Source of the DNA: an uncultured Candidatus Rokubacteria bacterium
GTDB lineage: Bacteria > Methylomirabilota > Methylomirabilia > Rokubacteriales > CSP1-6
Reading direction: 5' to 3'
DNA: 64,000 bases
Assembly (NCBI GenBank): GCA_963789955.1
Contig: CAWBMV010000016.1
Coordinates: 35,422-99,421, forward strand
In this document: positions 20,307-28,526 of the stretch, piece after piece
How the letters are laid out: the number at the start of each line of letters is the position of its first letter
Position numbering within the stretch: the first letter of the stretch is position 1
The notes under the pieces: model-generated
Seen by the model: the letters and a program-made list of their open reading frames with translations, nothing else
Database searches by the model: none
What the model was told of the DNA's origin: nothing
Program-made: the position numbers and the translations under genes

Positions 20307-20472
20307 CGCCGGGCGGGTGGCGGAGGTGGCGGGTGGGGGTCTCGGGACCCGTTCCCTCCAGGGGGGCAACGGACACTGCCGCGCCCAGATGGAGCCCAGC
20401 CGCACAGGCCACGCGAACGCGTGCCGCGTGGTCCCGAGACCCCCACCCGCCACCTCCGCCACCCGCCCGGCG
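20307..20472. repeat. 166-nt hairpin element, copy 2, inverted relative to copy 1
   Basis: Arm 20307-20349 is a perfect 43-nt reverse complement of 20430-20472. The 80-nt core (20350-20429) is the reverse complement of the copy-1 core, sharing blocks such as ACGCGGCACGCGTTCGC, CGGCTGGGCTCCATC and TGGAGGGAACG. Confidence 0.9.
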
Positions 20473-20488
20473 TCGCAAAGCGAGTAGG

Positions 20489-21709
20489 ATGGGCGCAGTG
20501 CGCCTAACGTCCCGGCCGATGATGAAGCTGTGGCGACATCACGGCGTACGCTGTCTCGGCTTCTGCGTCTTCTTCCATTCGATCGGCATGGTCGGCGAGC
20601 AGGTCGTCCTCGGCTGGTACATCCTCGAGATCACCGACTCGGCGTTCATGGTGGGCCTGGCGCTGGGCGTGCGGAACTTGCCGCTGCTGTTCGCCGGCAT
20701 TCCGGCGGGTGTCGTCGCCGATCGCGGCGACCGGGTGAAACTGCTCCAGATCTCCGGCGTCACGATGGCGGCGGGTTCCGCGCTGATGGGCGCGCTCGTC
20801 GCGGCGAAGCTCGGCGGAGTCGGGCCGGCGTTGATGCTGACCTTCGCCACGGGGTGTGCGCGCGCCCTTCATCAGACCGCGCGCCAGGGCTATGCGCACG
20901 ATACCGCCGGGGGCGGCGGCGTGGTCCACGCGCTCGCGCTCGTCGCCCTCACCTCGCGGCTGGGCGGCCTGCTCGGCTCGCTCATGGCGGGTGTCATGAT
21001 CGCGCGCCTCGGCTCCGCGACGGCCTTCCTGATGGTCGCGGCCAGCTATCTCGTGAGCGCTCTCGCCATGCTGCCGGCGCGATCGAGCGGCCGCCCGAGC
21101 GAGGCCGCCGAGAGCTCGGTGCGCGACGACGTGTTCGGCTTTCTCGGGACGATCCGGCACGATCGCGTGCTCCTGCACCTCATGAGCCTGACGGCGATCG
21201 CGGAGGTGCTGGGCTTCTCGCATCAAGCGCTGCTGCCGAGTCTCGCCCGCGACGTGCTCCAGGTGGGACCGGAAGGGCTCGGCGTGATGACGGCCGCGCG
21301 GCAGGTCGGCGGGCTGGCCGGGATCGCGTTCACCTCCGGGCTCGGCGGTGCGCGCTACGGGCCGCTCTTCCTCTCGGTGATCGTCGGCTTCGGCGCCTCG
21401 CTCGTGGCGCTCGGGTTCGCGCCGAGCTTCACGGTGGTCTTGCTGATCCTGGTCGGCGCCAACGCGCTCGGCGCGGTGACGGACGTGCTGGCGCAGACGT
21501 TGATCCAGCTCGCGGTGCCGAGCGGGCTTCGCGGCCGCGCGGGCGGGGCATGGGTGGTGTCGATCGGGATGGCGCCGCTCGGGCAGTTCCAGGTGGGAGC
21601 ACTCGCGTCGCTCTTCGGCGTCAGCGCCGCGCTCGGGGTGAACGGCGTCGCGCTGATGGCGGTCGGTGCCGCCGCGGCGCTGCTGGTGCCGAGGCTTCGC
21701 CGACTCTGA
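20489..21709 (+). CDS. MFS transporter (EntS/MFS_3-like)
   Basis: A multi-TM protein, with the first plausible start at ATG 20489 (MGAVRLTSRPMMKLW..). The upstream part of ORF 20249..21709 translates the hairpin element. It has the MFS loop motif GIPAGVVADRGDR. Confidence 0.75.
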   Translation: MGAVRLTSRPMMKLWRHHGVRCLGFCVFFHSIGMVGEQVVLGWYILEITDSAFMVGLALGVRNLPLLFAGIPAGVVADRGDRVKLLQISGVTMAAGSALMGALVAAKLGGVGPALMLTFATGCARALHQTARQGYAHDTAGGGGVVHALALVALTSRLGGLLGSLMAGVMIARLGSATAFLMVAASYLVSALAMLPARSSGRPSEAAESSVRDDVFGFLGTIRHDRVLLHLMSLTAIAEVLGFSHQALLPSLARDVLQVGPEGLGVMTAARQVGGLAGIAFTSGLGGARYGPLFLSVIVGFGASLVALGFAPSFTVVLLILVGANALGAVTDVLAQTLIQLAVPSGLRGRAGGAWVVSIGMAPLGQFQVGALASLFGVSAALGVNGVALMAVGAAAALLVPRLRRL

Positions 21710-22497
21710 TGGCGGCGTCTCTCGAGCGCCGGGTGGCGATCGACGCCGCGCGCGCCGCCGGCGACATCTTAAAGATGCAGTTTCGCGCGGCGCATCGCAT
21801 CGCGTTCAAGGGCCAGACGATCAATCTCGTCACCGAGATGGACGAGCGCGCCGAGGAGCTGATCGTCGGCCGGCTCGCGTCGGCGTTTCCCGACGACGCG
21901 ATCCTCGCCGAGGAGCGCGGCGCGGCGCGCGGACGCTCGGGGCGGCGCTGGATCGTCGATCCGCTCGACGGCACGACGAACTACGCGCACGGGCTGCCGG
22001 TCTACGCGGTGTCGATCGCGCTCGAGGTCGATCGGCGGATCGCGCTCGGCGTCGCCTACGATCCGAGCGCCGACGAGCTCTACGTCGCCGAGCGCGGGCG
22101 CGGCGCGACCGTGAACGATGCGCCGCTCGCGGTATCGACGACGCCGACCCTCGAGGCGAGTCTGCTGACGACGGGCTTTCCCTACAACATTCGCGAGACG
22201 CCGGACACGAACCTGAAGGAATACGCCGCGTTCGCGCTCCGCTGTCGCGGCGTGCGCAGACTCGGCTCCGCCGTCCTCGACCTCGCGTGGGTCGCCGCCG
22301 GCCGGCTCGACGGCTTCTGGGAGCTCCGCCTCGGGCCGTGGGACGTGGCCGCGGCCAGCCTCTTCGTCGAAGAGGCCGGCGGGCGAATCACGAATCTGGT
22401 GGGAGGAGCTGTCGACGTCGACGCGCCCGCGGTGGTCGCGAGCAACGGGCGCATCCAGGACGAGATGCTGGCGGTGCTGAGAGGGGTCCGAGCCTAG
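21709..22497 (+). CDS. suhB: Inositol monophosphatase family protein (SuhB-like)
   Basis: The ATG overlaps the MFS stop (TGATG). Motifs present: EMDERAEELI, WIVDPLDGTTNYAHG and GPWDVAAASLFVEEAGG. Confidence 0.85.
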   Translation: MAASLERRVAIDAARAAGDILKMQFRAAHRIAFKGQTINLVTEMDERAEELIVGRLASAFPDDAILAEERGAARGRSGRRWIVDPLDGTTNYAHGLPVYAVSIALEVDRRIALGVAYDPSADELYVAERGRGATVNDAPLAVSTTPTLEASLLTTGFPYNIRETPDTNLKEYAAFALRCRGVRRLGSAVLDLAWVAAGRLDGFWELRLGPWDVAAASLFVEEAGGRITNLVGGAVDVDAPAVVASNGRIQDEMLAVLRGVRA

Positions 22498-22685
22498 TCG
22501 GTGACGCGGGGGCGAATCTCCAGACCGCCCAGCGGACCCGGCAGGCCGCGCAGGGTGATCTGCACCGAAGACCGTGAGTCCGGCTGGCCCTCGACGATCA
22601 CGTCGACGTCGACGGCTTCGGCCGCGCTCAGGACTTCTCCGAGCCACGCCAACAGCTGGTCAGACCCGAACGGTGTGCGTGTCAT
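22494..22685 (-). CDS. Small hypothetical protein (63 aa)
   Basis: The ATG at 22685 is preceded by GGGGGAGAG. The product is MTRTPFGSDQLLAWLGEVLSAAEAVDVDVIVEGQPDSRSSVQITLRGLPGPLGGLEIRPRVTD. No family is recognised. Confidence 0.4.
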   Translation of the reverse strand: MTRTPFGSDQLLAWLGEVLSAAEAVDVDVIVEGQPDSRSSVQITLRGLPGPLGGLEIRPRVTD

Positions 22686-22723
22686 GCTCTCCCCCGATTT
22701 TCTGTGAACGGCGGGAACTGTCA

Positions 22724-22729
22724 TATAAT
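22724..22729 (+). promoter_or_regulatory. Candidate -10 box (TATAAT) for the NusG-paralog gene
   Basis: A perfect TATAAT hexamer in an otherwise very GC-rich region, 19 nt upstream of ATG 22748. No good -35 and no Shine-Dalgarno are visible, so the mRNA would be nearly leaderless. Confidence 0.3.
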
Positions 22730-22747
22730 GCCGCCGGTTGCACTGCC

Positions 22748-23302
22748 ATGAAGTCCGCGTCTTCTGACTCGGCGCTCGAGCATCAAGGCCACGACGAGAG
22801 GTTCGCGCCGCTCTGGTACGTGCTGCGGACGCGCTCGCGTCACGAAAAGACGGTGCGCGATCAGCTCGTGCGCCGAGAGGTCGAGACTTTTCTGCCCATC
22901 GCCGAGCGCTGGAGCCGCTGGAAGGATCGGCGCAAGAAAGTCGCCTTCCCACTTTTTCCCGGCTACTGCTTCGCGCGTTTCTCGCTCGTCGACCGCCTCC
23001 GGGTCCTGAACGTCGTCGGGGTCGCCGATCTCGTCGGGATCAGCGGCCGGCCCGAGCCCGTCCCGGACGCCGAGATCGAAGCGATTCAACGTCTGGCGAG
23101 CACGACCTTGCAGTACGATCCGCACCCGTTCCTGGCCGAAGGCATGGACGTCGAGGTCGTGCGCGGCCCCCTCGCCGGCGTCCGCGGCAAGCTCCTGCGC
23201 AAGGACCGTGTGACGCGGCTGGTGCTCTCCGTCACGCTCATCCGCCAGGCCGCGGTCGTCGAAATCCATCCGGCTGACGTCGTTCACGTAAGCGGCCCCT
23301 AG
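22748..23302 (+). CDS. Specialised NusG paralog (RfaH/UpxY-like transcription antiterminator; NGN + KOW)
   Basis: 184-aa ORF. The NGN domain reads WYVLRTRSRHEKTVRDQL..FLPI..KKVAFPLFPGYCFARF. The KOW domain reads GMDVEVVRGPLAGVRGKLLRKD. Confidence 0.8.
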   Translation: MKSASSDSALEHQGHDERFAPLWYVLRTRSRHEKTVRDQLVRREVETFLPIAERWSRWKDRRKKVAFPLFPGYCFARFSLVDRLRVLNVVGVADLVGISGRPEPVPDAEIEAIQRLASTTLQYDPHPFLAEGMDVEVVRGPLAGVRGKLLRKDRVTRLVLSVTLIRQAAVVEIHPADVVHVSGP

Positions 23303-24081
23303 TTCCGGAGCAACGCTCGCGCCTGGCGGGCCGCGGCACTCTGGGGATGCTCGCGGACCACTCGCTCCCACGATCGCTTCGCTCGCGCGCCGTCACCCAG
23401 GTCCTTCTGACATAGACCGATCTTCAGCAGCGCGTCGGGCACTTTCTCGCCGCGCGGCACCGCGGCGACGAGCGCCTCGAACTCGGCCAGCGCGCCGCGC
23501 CAGTCCTTCTGCTTGTAGTAGATGTCGGCCACCAGGAACTGCGCGCTCTCGCGCAGCGGGCTGTCCGGATACGTCGCGATGAGGTCGTAGAACGTGAGGA
23601 TCGCCGCGTCGTCGGCCTTGGCGCGCAGCTGATCGACCCCTCGCCGGTAGAGGTCGGCCGCCGGCGTCGTGGTCGCCGAGCCGAGCAGCGGCGGCGCTGC
23701 GGGCGGCGCCGGGGCGGTGCGGCGCGCTCGGCGCGAACCCGCTCGGCGCGGCCGGCAGGCGACCGCGATTCGGCGACTCCGAGCTCTTCCACGCGACGAC
23801 GCAAGTACGTCAGCTGATCATCCTGCTGTCGCGAGGCCGCGATGAGCTTGGCGACGGCGTTCTGGAGCTCGGCGAGCTCGCTGGCGATGCGCGCGACCTG
23901 CTCGTTGGAGCGATTCGGGTCGGCGGCGGCTCCCGACGGCTGGTTCGCGCCGGCGGCGGGTCGCGGCGAGTCGGCCGTCGCCGGCTGCTTGCCCACCTCG
24001 GCGCAGCCGGCAAGCATGAGCGCGACCATCGCGGCACCGAGAAGCGTGCCGAAGCGGAGCGCCGGGGTCGCGGTAGTCACG
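23299..24081 (-). CDS. YbgF/CpoB-like coiled-coil + TPR periplasmic lipoprotein, apparent frameshift(s)
   Basis: It has a GTG start at 24081 and the lipobox MLAGCAE. The coiled coil is VARIASELAELQNAVAKLIAASRQQDDQLTYLRRRVEEL. The TPR end is ADIYYKQKDWRGALAEFEALVAAVPRGEKVPDALLKIGLC (ORF 23299..23532). The middle (..ADLYRRGVDQLRAKADDAAILTFYDLIATYPDSPLRESAQFLV) lies in another frame. Confidence 0.65.
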
Positions 24082-24610
24082 GGCTGTTCGCCGTCGTCAC
24101 GGACACGAACGCGAGCGGCCATTGAGCGTGCGCCCGCACCTGGAGCGTCACGGTCGTCTCGCGGCTCAGCGGCACGTCGACGAGCCAGAGCCAGCCCTCC
24201 GGCACGTTCAACGACGGATAGCTCCGCACGATCTCGCCGCGCGCGAACACATACTGGGCCTGCCCGGCGGCGCGCGTGTGCACGCGCTCCCCGAGGACCA
24301 GGGTCCCTCCGTTCGTGACGCAGAAGAGATAGTCGATCTCCTCTGCCGGAGAAGTCCGGATCACCCGAACGGGCGCCGTGCGTCGCGTGGACTTTCCGGC
24401 GATGCTCGTGGAGATCTGCTCGAGCGTCGAATACGCGACGGGCGCCTCGCGCATGGCGAAGAGCTCGTTGCCCTGGCTCTGGACGCGGATCATCGATTGA
24501 TCCAGGGCCGCCACCGGCCGCGACTGAGGCTCTACGCGCGCGGCGACGATCAGGAGCGAGGCGACGGCGGCGAGCGTCACCACGGCCTGGAGCGCGGACC
24601 CGCGCGTCAT
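24077..24610 (-). CDS. Membrane-anchored hypothetical protein (177 aa)
   Basis: Intact ORF with one N-terminal TM helix (ALQAVVTLAAVASLLIVAA). Its ATG overlaps the arnD-like stop (ATGA). No family is recognised. Confidence 0.45.
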   Translation of the reverse strand: MTRGSALQAVVTLAAVASLLIVAARVEPQSRPVAALDQSMIRVQSQGNELFAMREAPVAYSTLEQISTSIAGKSTRRTAPVRVIRTSPAEEIDYLFCVTNGGTLVLGERVHTRAAGQAQYVFARGEIVRSYPSLNVPEGWLWLVDVPLSRETTVTLQVRAHAQWPLAFVSVTTANSP

Positions 24611-25515
24611 CCCGGCGCCGCCCGGCCCTGGAGCGCGATCCAGTCGCTCCGGCCGCCGATCCAGCCGCGCACCACTCTGGCGATGGGCAGCTCGTCACCC
24701 GCGGTGATCGCGCGCGCCGCGAGCTCGTCGAGTCGCGTGAGCCGCGCGCGCACCGCCGCGAGCTCCGCCAGGAATGCCGCGAACGTCGCGAGCAGCGCGC
24801 CGCCTTCCACCTCGGCGTGGAGCGTGAACACGTTGATGCCCGGCCGCACCGCCTGCGCGAGCGCCTGCGGGACGTTCGCGACGCGGCCCATGACCTCGTC
24901 CATCGTCGGCATCGTCGTCGGCAGCTGGATGGTCTCGAGCGCGCCGTCGCCGACGCTCGGCCGGAACGGCGTGTCGCCACGCGTGTCGCTCGCGTAGCGG
25001 AAGCCGCGGCCGTCCTGGACCGTGAGCGCCAGCGGCGAAGTCCGCCACCCGGGCGCCGCGCTCGCGGATGGCGCGACGCCGACCGCGGCCAGGAACGACC
25101 GCGCGGCCAGATCCAGATCGGCGCGGATCGCCACGTGGTCCAGTCGATGGATGCGATCCTGCCAGCCGACGTGGTCCCAGCCGTGCGGCGCGACCTCGTG
25201 CCCTTCATCGGCGATCTGACGGAGCATCGCCGGCGCGCCGGCGCCGACCAGCCTCGCGGGCACGAGCGTGCCGGACAGCAACGTGCGGAGCCCGTAGAGC
25301 TTGAACGGGTTCGTGCGCCACATCTTGGCGAGAAAGCTCGGGCGCAGCGCGCGGCGGATCGCCCGCCCGGAGTGGTCCGGCCCCATGGTCACGAAGAAGG
25401 ACGCGCGGACTCCGAGGCGCCGGAAGAGCTCGAGCAAGCGCGGGACCCCTTCGTCCAGACCACGGCGCGTGTCGACGTCCACGCGCAGGCCGACCGTCGC
25501 GCGATCGGTCAGCAT
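24607..25515 (-). CDS. arnD: ArnD-like 4-deoxy-4-formamido-L-arabinose-phosphoundecaprenol deformylase (polysaccharide deacetylase fold)
   Basis: Intact 302-aa ORF from ATG 25515. It is collinear with E. coli ArnD: VGLRVDVDTRRGLDEGVPRLLELF..ASFFVTMGPD..HEVAPHGWDH..AAPGWR..FRYASDTRG..IQLPTTMPTMDEV..FTLHAEVEG..VVRGWIGGRSDW. Confidence 0.85.
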   Translation of the reverse strand: MLTDRATVGLRVDVDTRRGLDEGVPRLLELFRRLGVRASFFVTMGPDHSGRAIRRALRPSFLAKMWRTNPFKLYGLRTLLSGTLVPARLVGAGAPAMLRQIADEGHEVAPHGWDHVGWQDRIHRLDHVAIRADLDLAARSFLAAVGVAPSASAAPGWRTSPLALTVQDGRGFRYASDTRGDTPFRPSVGDGALETIQLPTTMPTMDEVMGRVANVPQALAQAVRPGINVFTLHAEVEGGALLATFAAFLAELAAVRARLTRLDELAARAITAGDELPIARVVRGWIGGRSDWIALQGRAAPG

Positions 25516-26446
25516 CAGAGACGCGTCCCCGGGCGCACAGCCCGGCGCGCCGCCCAGCGGTCGGCAGGCTCGGCGACGCCGCCGGCGCTTTGCACGCGCG
25601 TGATCAGGAGCATGCCCCGGCCCGTCGCCACGGCGATGCCGCGCGCCGGAACGATCTCGACCACGGTCCCCGGCGCGGCGTCGCTCGCCGAATCCTCGTG
25701 GATCGACGCGGCCCACAGGTGGACACGCGCCGGGCCGTCGCCGACGAACGCGCCGGGATAGGGCTCGGCGACCGCGCGAATCATGTTGAAGATCCGGGCG
25801 GCCGGCCAGGTCCATTCGATCCGGCCGTCCTCGGGACGTCGCCGCGGCATGGTCGTCGCCAGCCTCGGATCCTGTGGGATCCGCGGCGCCCGGTCGGCGA
25901 GCACCGCCGGGTAGGACTCGAGCAGCAGCTCCACGCCGATCTTCGTCATGCGCTCGTACACGGTGAAGGCGGTGTCGTCCGGCTCGATGTCGATCGGCCG
26001 CTGGGCCACGATGTCGCCCGCGTCGGCGGTCGCGGTCATGTGATGGAGGGTGATGCCGGTGCGCGACTCGCCGTGCACGATCGCCCAGTTGAGCGGCGCA
26101 CGGCCGCGGTACGCCGGCAGCAGCGAGCCGTGCAAATTCAACGCCGCGATTCGCGGCAGCGCCAGAAGCGCGGGCCCCAGGAGCCGGCGATACCACACGG
26201 AGAGCATGAGTCGGGCGCGAGCTCGCGAACGTCTCGACGGTCGCGGGGCGATTCGGCGAAGGCGGCGTGAGACAGGGAATCCGATAGATGCGCGCGACGT
26301 CGGCGACCGACTCGAACCAGCTCCGTTCACCGGGATCGTCGGCGTGGGTCACCACGGCCGCGACGTGCTCGCCTCGTGACGAGCGCCTCGAGCACGCGCG
26401 CGCCGATCGTGTGATAGGCGAAGACGGCCCACCGCGCGCGCGTCAC
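25515..26446 (-). CDS. Stand-alone ArnA-type N-terminal formyltransferase domain protein, apparent frameshifts
   Basis: The GTG at 26446 overlaps the arnC-like stop (GTGA). The N-terminus reads WAVFAYHTIGARVLEALVTRGEHVAAVVTHADDPGERSWFESVADVARIYRIP. In ORF 25515..26330 the sequence continues NLHGSLLPAYRGRAPLNWAIVHGESRTGITLHHM..DAGDIVAQ..MIRAVAEPYPGAF, matching the E. coli ArnA formyltransferase domain. No C-terminal dehydrogenase domain is present. There are at least two frame changes near 26230-26350. Confidence 0.75.
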
Positions 26447-27213
26447 TCGAGCACCTCGGCGATCACGTAGCGCGGCCCGCGCCGCGCTTCCTGATAGATC
26501 CGGCTCACGCGCGCGCCGATCGGCCGGAGTGCGAGCACCTGGACCGAGAGGTCGAAGGCCAGGCCGAGGAGCCGCAGCGGCCCGTACCGGGAGCGTCCGT
26601 GCTCGCGGGCGCGGTGGTCGACGGGAATCTCGGTCATCGAGGACGCGAAGGCCGCGGCGAGCACCGGAAGGTAGCGCCGGGTGCCCCGGAACGCGAGGAT
26701 CCGGTCGATCACCGATCGCCGGTACGCGCGCAGCATGCATCCGTAGTCGCGAAGCCGTACGCCGATCGCGGCCGACGTCACGTGATTGACGAGCCAGGAC
26801 GCGGCCCGCCGGCCCCAGGGATCGCGCCGGCTCACGCGCCGCCCGCCGACGACGTCCGCGCCGGTTTCGAGCGCCGCGAGCAGCCGCGGAATCTCCTCGG
26901 GCGGATTCTGCAGATCGGCGTCGAGCGTCACGACGATCTCGCCGCGGGCGCGCTCCATGCCGGCGAACAGCGCGGCGTGCTGCCCGTAGTTGCGATTGAA
27001 CCGGATCATCCGCACGGCCGCGTCGCGGGCGCGGAGCGCGCGAAGGACGTCCGCCGAGTCGTCGCGGCTCCCGTCGTCCACGAAGATGATCTCGTGCGGG
27101 CGGCCGATCTTCTCGAGCGTGCGCGCGAGCCGCTGATGGAGCGCGACGAGACTCGGCGCCTCGTTGAACACGGGGATCACGATCGACAGCGCCGGCCGCG
27201 CGCCGTCGCTCAT
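26443..27213 (-). CDS. arnC: ArnC-like undecaprenyl-phosphate aminosugar transferase (GT2) lacking the C-terminal TM hairpin
   Basis: The ATG is at 27213. The product LSIVIPVFNE..IIFVDDGS..RNYGQHAALFAG..VTLDADLQNPPEEIPRLL..DYGCMLRAYRR..IPVDHRAREHGRSRY is collinear with E. coli ArnC. After DLSVQVLALRP it jumps straight to IGARVSRIYQEARRGPRYVI, so about 55 residues (two TM helices) are missing. Confidence 0.8.
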   Translation of the reverse strand: MSDGARPALSIVIPVFNEAPSLVALHQRLARTLEKIGRPHEIIFVDDGSRDDSADVLRALRARDAAVRMIRFNRNYGQHAALFAGMERARGEIVVTLDADLQNPPEEIPRLLAALETGADVVGGRRVSRRDPWGRRAASWLVNHVTSAAIGVRLRDYGCMLRAYRRSVIDRILAFRGTRRYLPVLAAAFASSMTEIPVDHRAREHGRSRYGPLRLLGLAFDLSVQVLALRPIGARVSRIYQEARRGPRYVIAEVLE

Positions 27214-28526
27214 CGCCCGGCCTCCCGGACCAGCAGGCAGTCGTTGTGGCCGCCGAAGCCGAACGAGTTCGAGATGGCGGCGCGGATGCGGGCGGGCACG
27301 GCGGTGTTGGGCACGTAGTTGAGGTCGCATTCGGGATCCGGCACGCGGTAGTTGATCGTCGGCGGGGCGATCTGGTCGCGCACCGCCAGCACCGTGGTCG
27401 CGAGCTCGATCGCGCCCGCGGCCGAGATCGTGTGGCCGATCATGGATTTGGTCGAGCTCACCAGGAGCCGCGGGGCCTCGGCGCCGAACACGGTCTTGAT
27501 CGCGGCGGTCTCCACACGGTCGTTCATCGGCGTCGAGGTTCCGTGCGCGTTGACGTAGTCGACGTCGGGCGGGCTCAGCTCGGCGTCGGCCAGTGCCAGG
27601 CGCATCGCGCCGATGGCACCCCGCCCGTCCGGCGCCTCGTCGGTGACGCGATAGGCATCGCAGGTGGTCCCGTAGCCCGCGATCTCCGCGAGCGCCGGAG
27701 CCCCGCGACGACGCGCATGGTCGGCCGCCTCGAGGACGAGAAAGCCGGCGCCTTCGCCGATCACGAAGCCGTCGCGCCGAGCGTCGAAGGGCCGGCTCGC
27801 GGTCTCCGGCGTTCCGTTCTGGCGCGACATGACCCCGAGCAGGCAGAAGAGCTGCACCTCGATGGGCGCGACGATGCACTCGGCGCCGCCGGCCAGCGCC
27901 ACGTCGATCGTGCCGCGGCGGATCGCGCGGTACGCCTCGCCGATCGCCTGTGCCGACGACGTGCACGCGGTCTGGATCGTCGCCGTCGGTCCCTCGACCG
28001 CGAAGTGCCCGGCGAGCCGCGCGGCCAGGTACTGCGGCCACGTCCGGTAGGCCGCCCGGGCGGCGGCCCGGCGCGCGAACTCGCCGACGAATCCGGCGCG
28101 GGTCACGCCGCCGCCGGCATCGCGGCTCGCGTACGCGATGGCGCCGAGATCGCGCAGATCCTGGCGCTCGCCGCTGGTACCGACGAAGACGCCGGCGCGC
28201 CGCGACGCGAGCACCGCACGGGCGCCGGCCGCCGCGACGGCGCCGCGGGCGGCGCGCACACCCACCACGACGCCGCGGGGCTCCCGCGCATCGAGCGCTG
28301 CCTCGGCCCGGAGCTCGTCGATCAGCGCCCGATCGTCGAGCGAGGCGGCGATCTGGGTCGGAAGCCCTTCGGGATCGAAGTGGGAGATGCGCTTGACGCC
28401 CGACACGCCGGCGAGCGCGGCCTTCCAGAAGGTGTCCGCCTCGGCGCCGATCGGCGTCACCAGGTCGAGCCCGGTCACGACGACCCGCCGGCGCGCGCCC
28501 GCGTCAGGCGAGGAGCGAGTACCCAC
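27210..28526 (-). CDS. Beta-ketoacyl-ACP synthase (KAS I/II type, FabF-like)
   Basis: Intact 438-aa ORF with a complete Cys-His-His triad context: IQTACTSSAQAIGEA, VNAHGTSTPMND and STKSMIGHTISAAG. Confidence 0.85.
   Translation of the reverse strand: MGTRSSPDAGARRRVVVTGLDLVTPIGAEADTFWKAALAGVSGVKRISHFDPEGLPTQIAASLDDRALIDELRAEAALDAREPRGVVVGVRAARGAVAAAGARAVLASRRAGVFVGTSGERQDLRDLGAIAYASRDAGGGVTRAGFVGEFARRAAARAAYRTWPQYLAARLAGHFAVEGPTATIQTACTSSAQAIGEAYRAIRRGTIDVALAGGAECIVAPIEVQLFCLLGVMSRQNGTPETASRPFDARRDGFVIGEGAGFLVLEAADHARRRGAPALAEIAGYGTTCDAYRVTDEAPDGRGAIGAMRLALADAELSPPDVDYVNAHGTSTPMNDRVETAAIKTVFGAEAPRLLVSSTKSMIGHTISAAGAIELATTVLAVRDQIAPPTINYRVPDPECDLNYVPNTAVPARIRAAISNSFGFGGHNDCLLVREAGR

Noticed and set aside
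19996-20478. ORFs 19996..20478 (-), 19795..20304 (+) and the 5-prime part of 20249..21709 (+), which contain GGGGGW / PPPPHPPPAG strings.
   Set aside because: These peptides are simply translations of the G-rich and C-rich hairpin arms. The same strings appear on both strands because the DNA is palindromic.
22494-22952. The full 152-aa ORF 22494..22952 (-), which overlaps the NusG-paralog start.
   Set aside because: Only the last 63 codons have a Shine-Dalgarno and plausible composition. The upstream part is Arg/Ser/Ala-rich and would overlap the divergent promoter and the nusG-like coding start.
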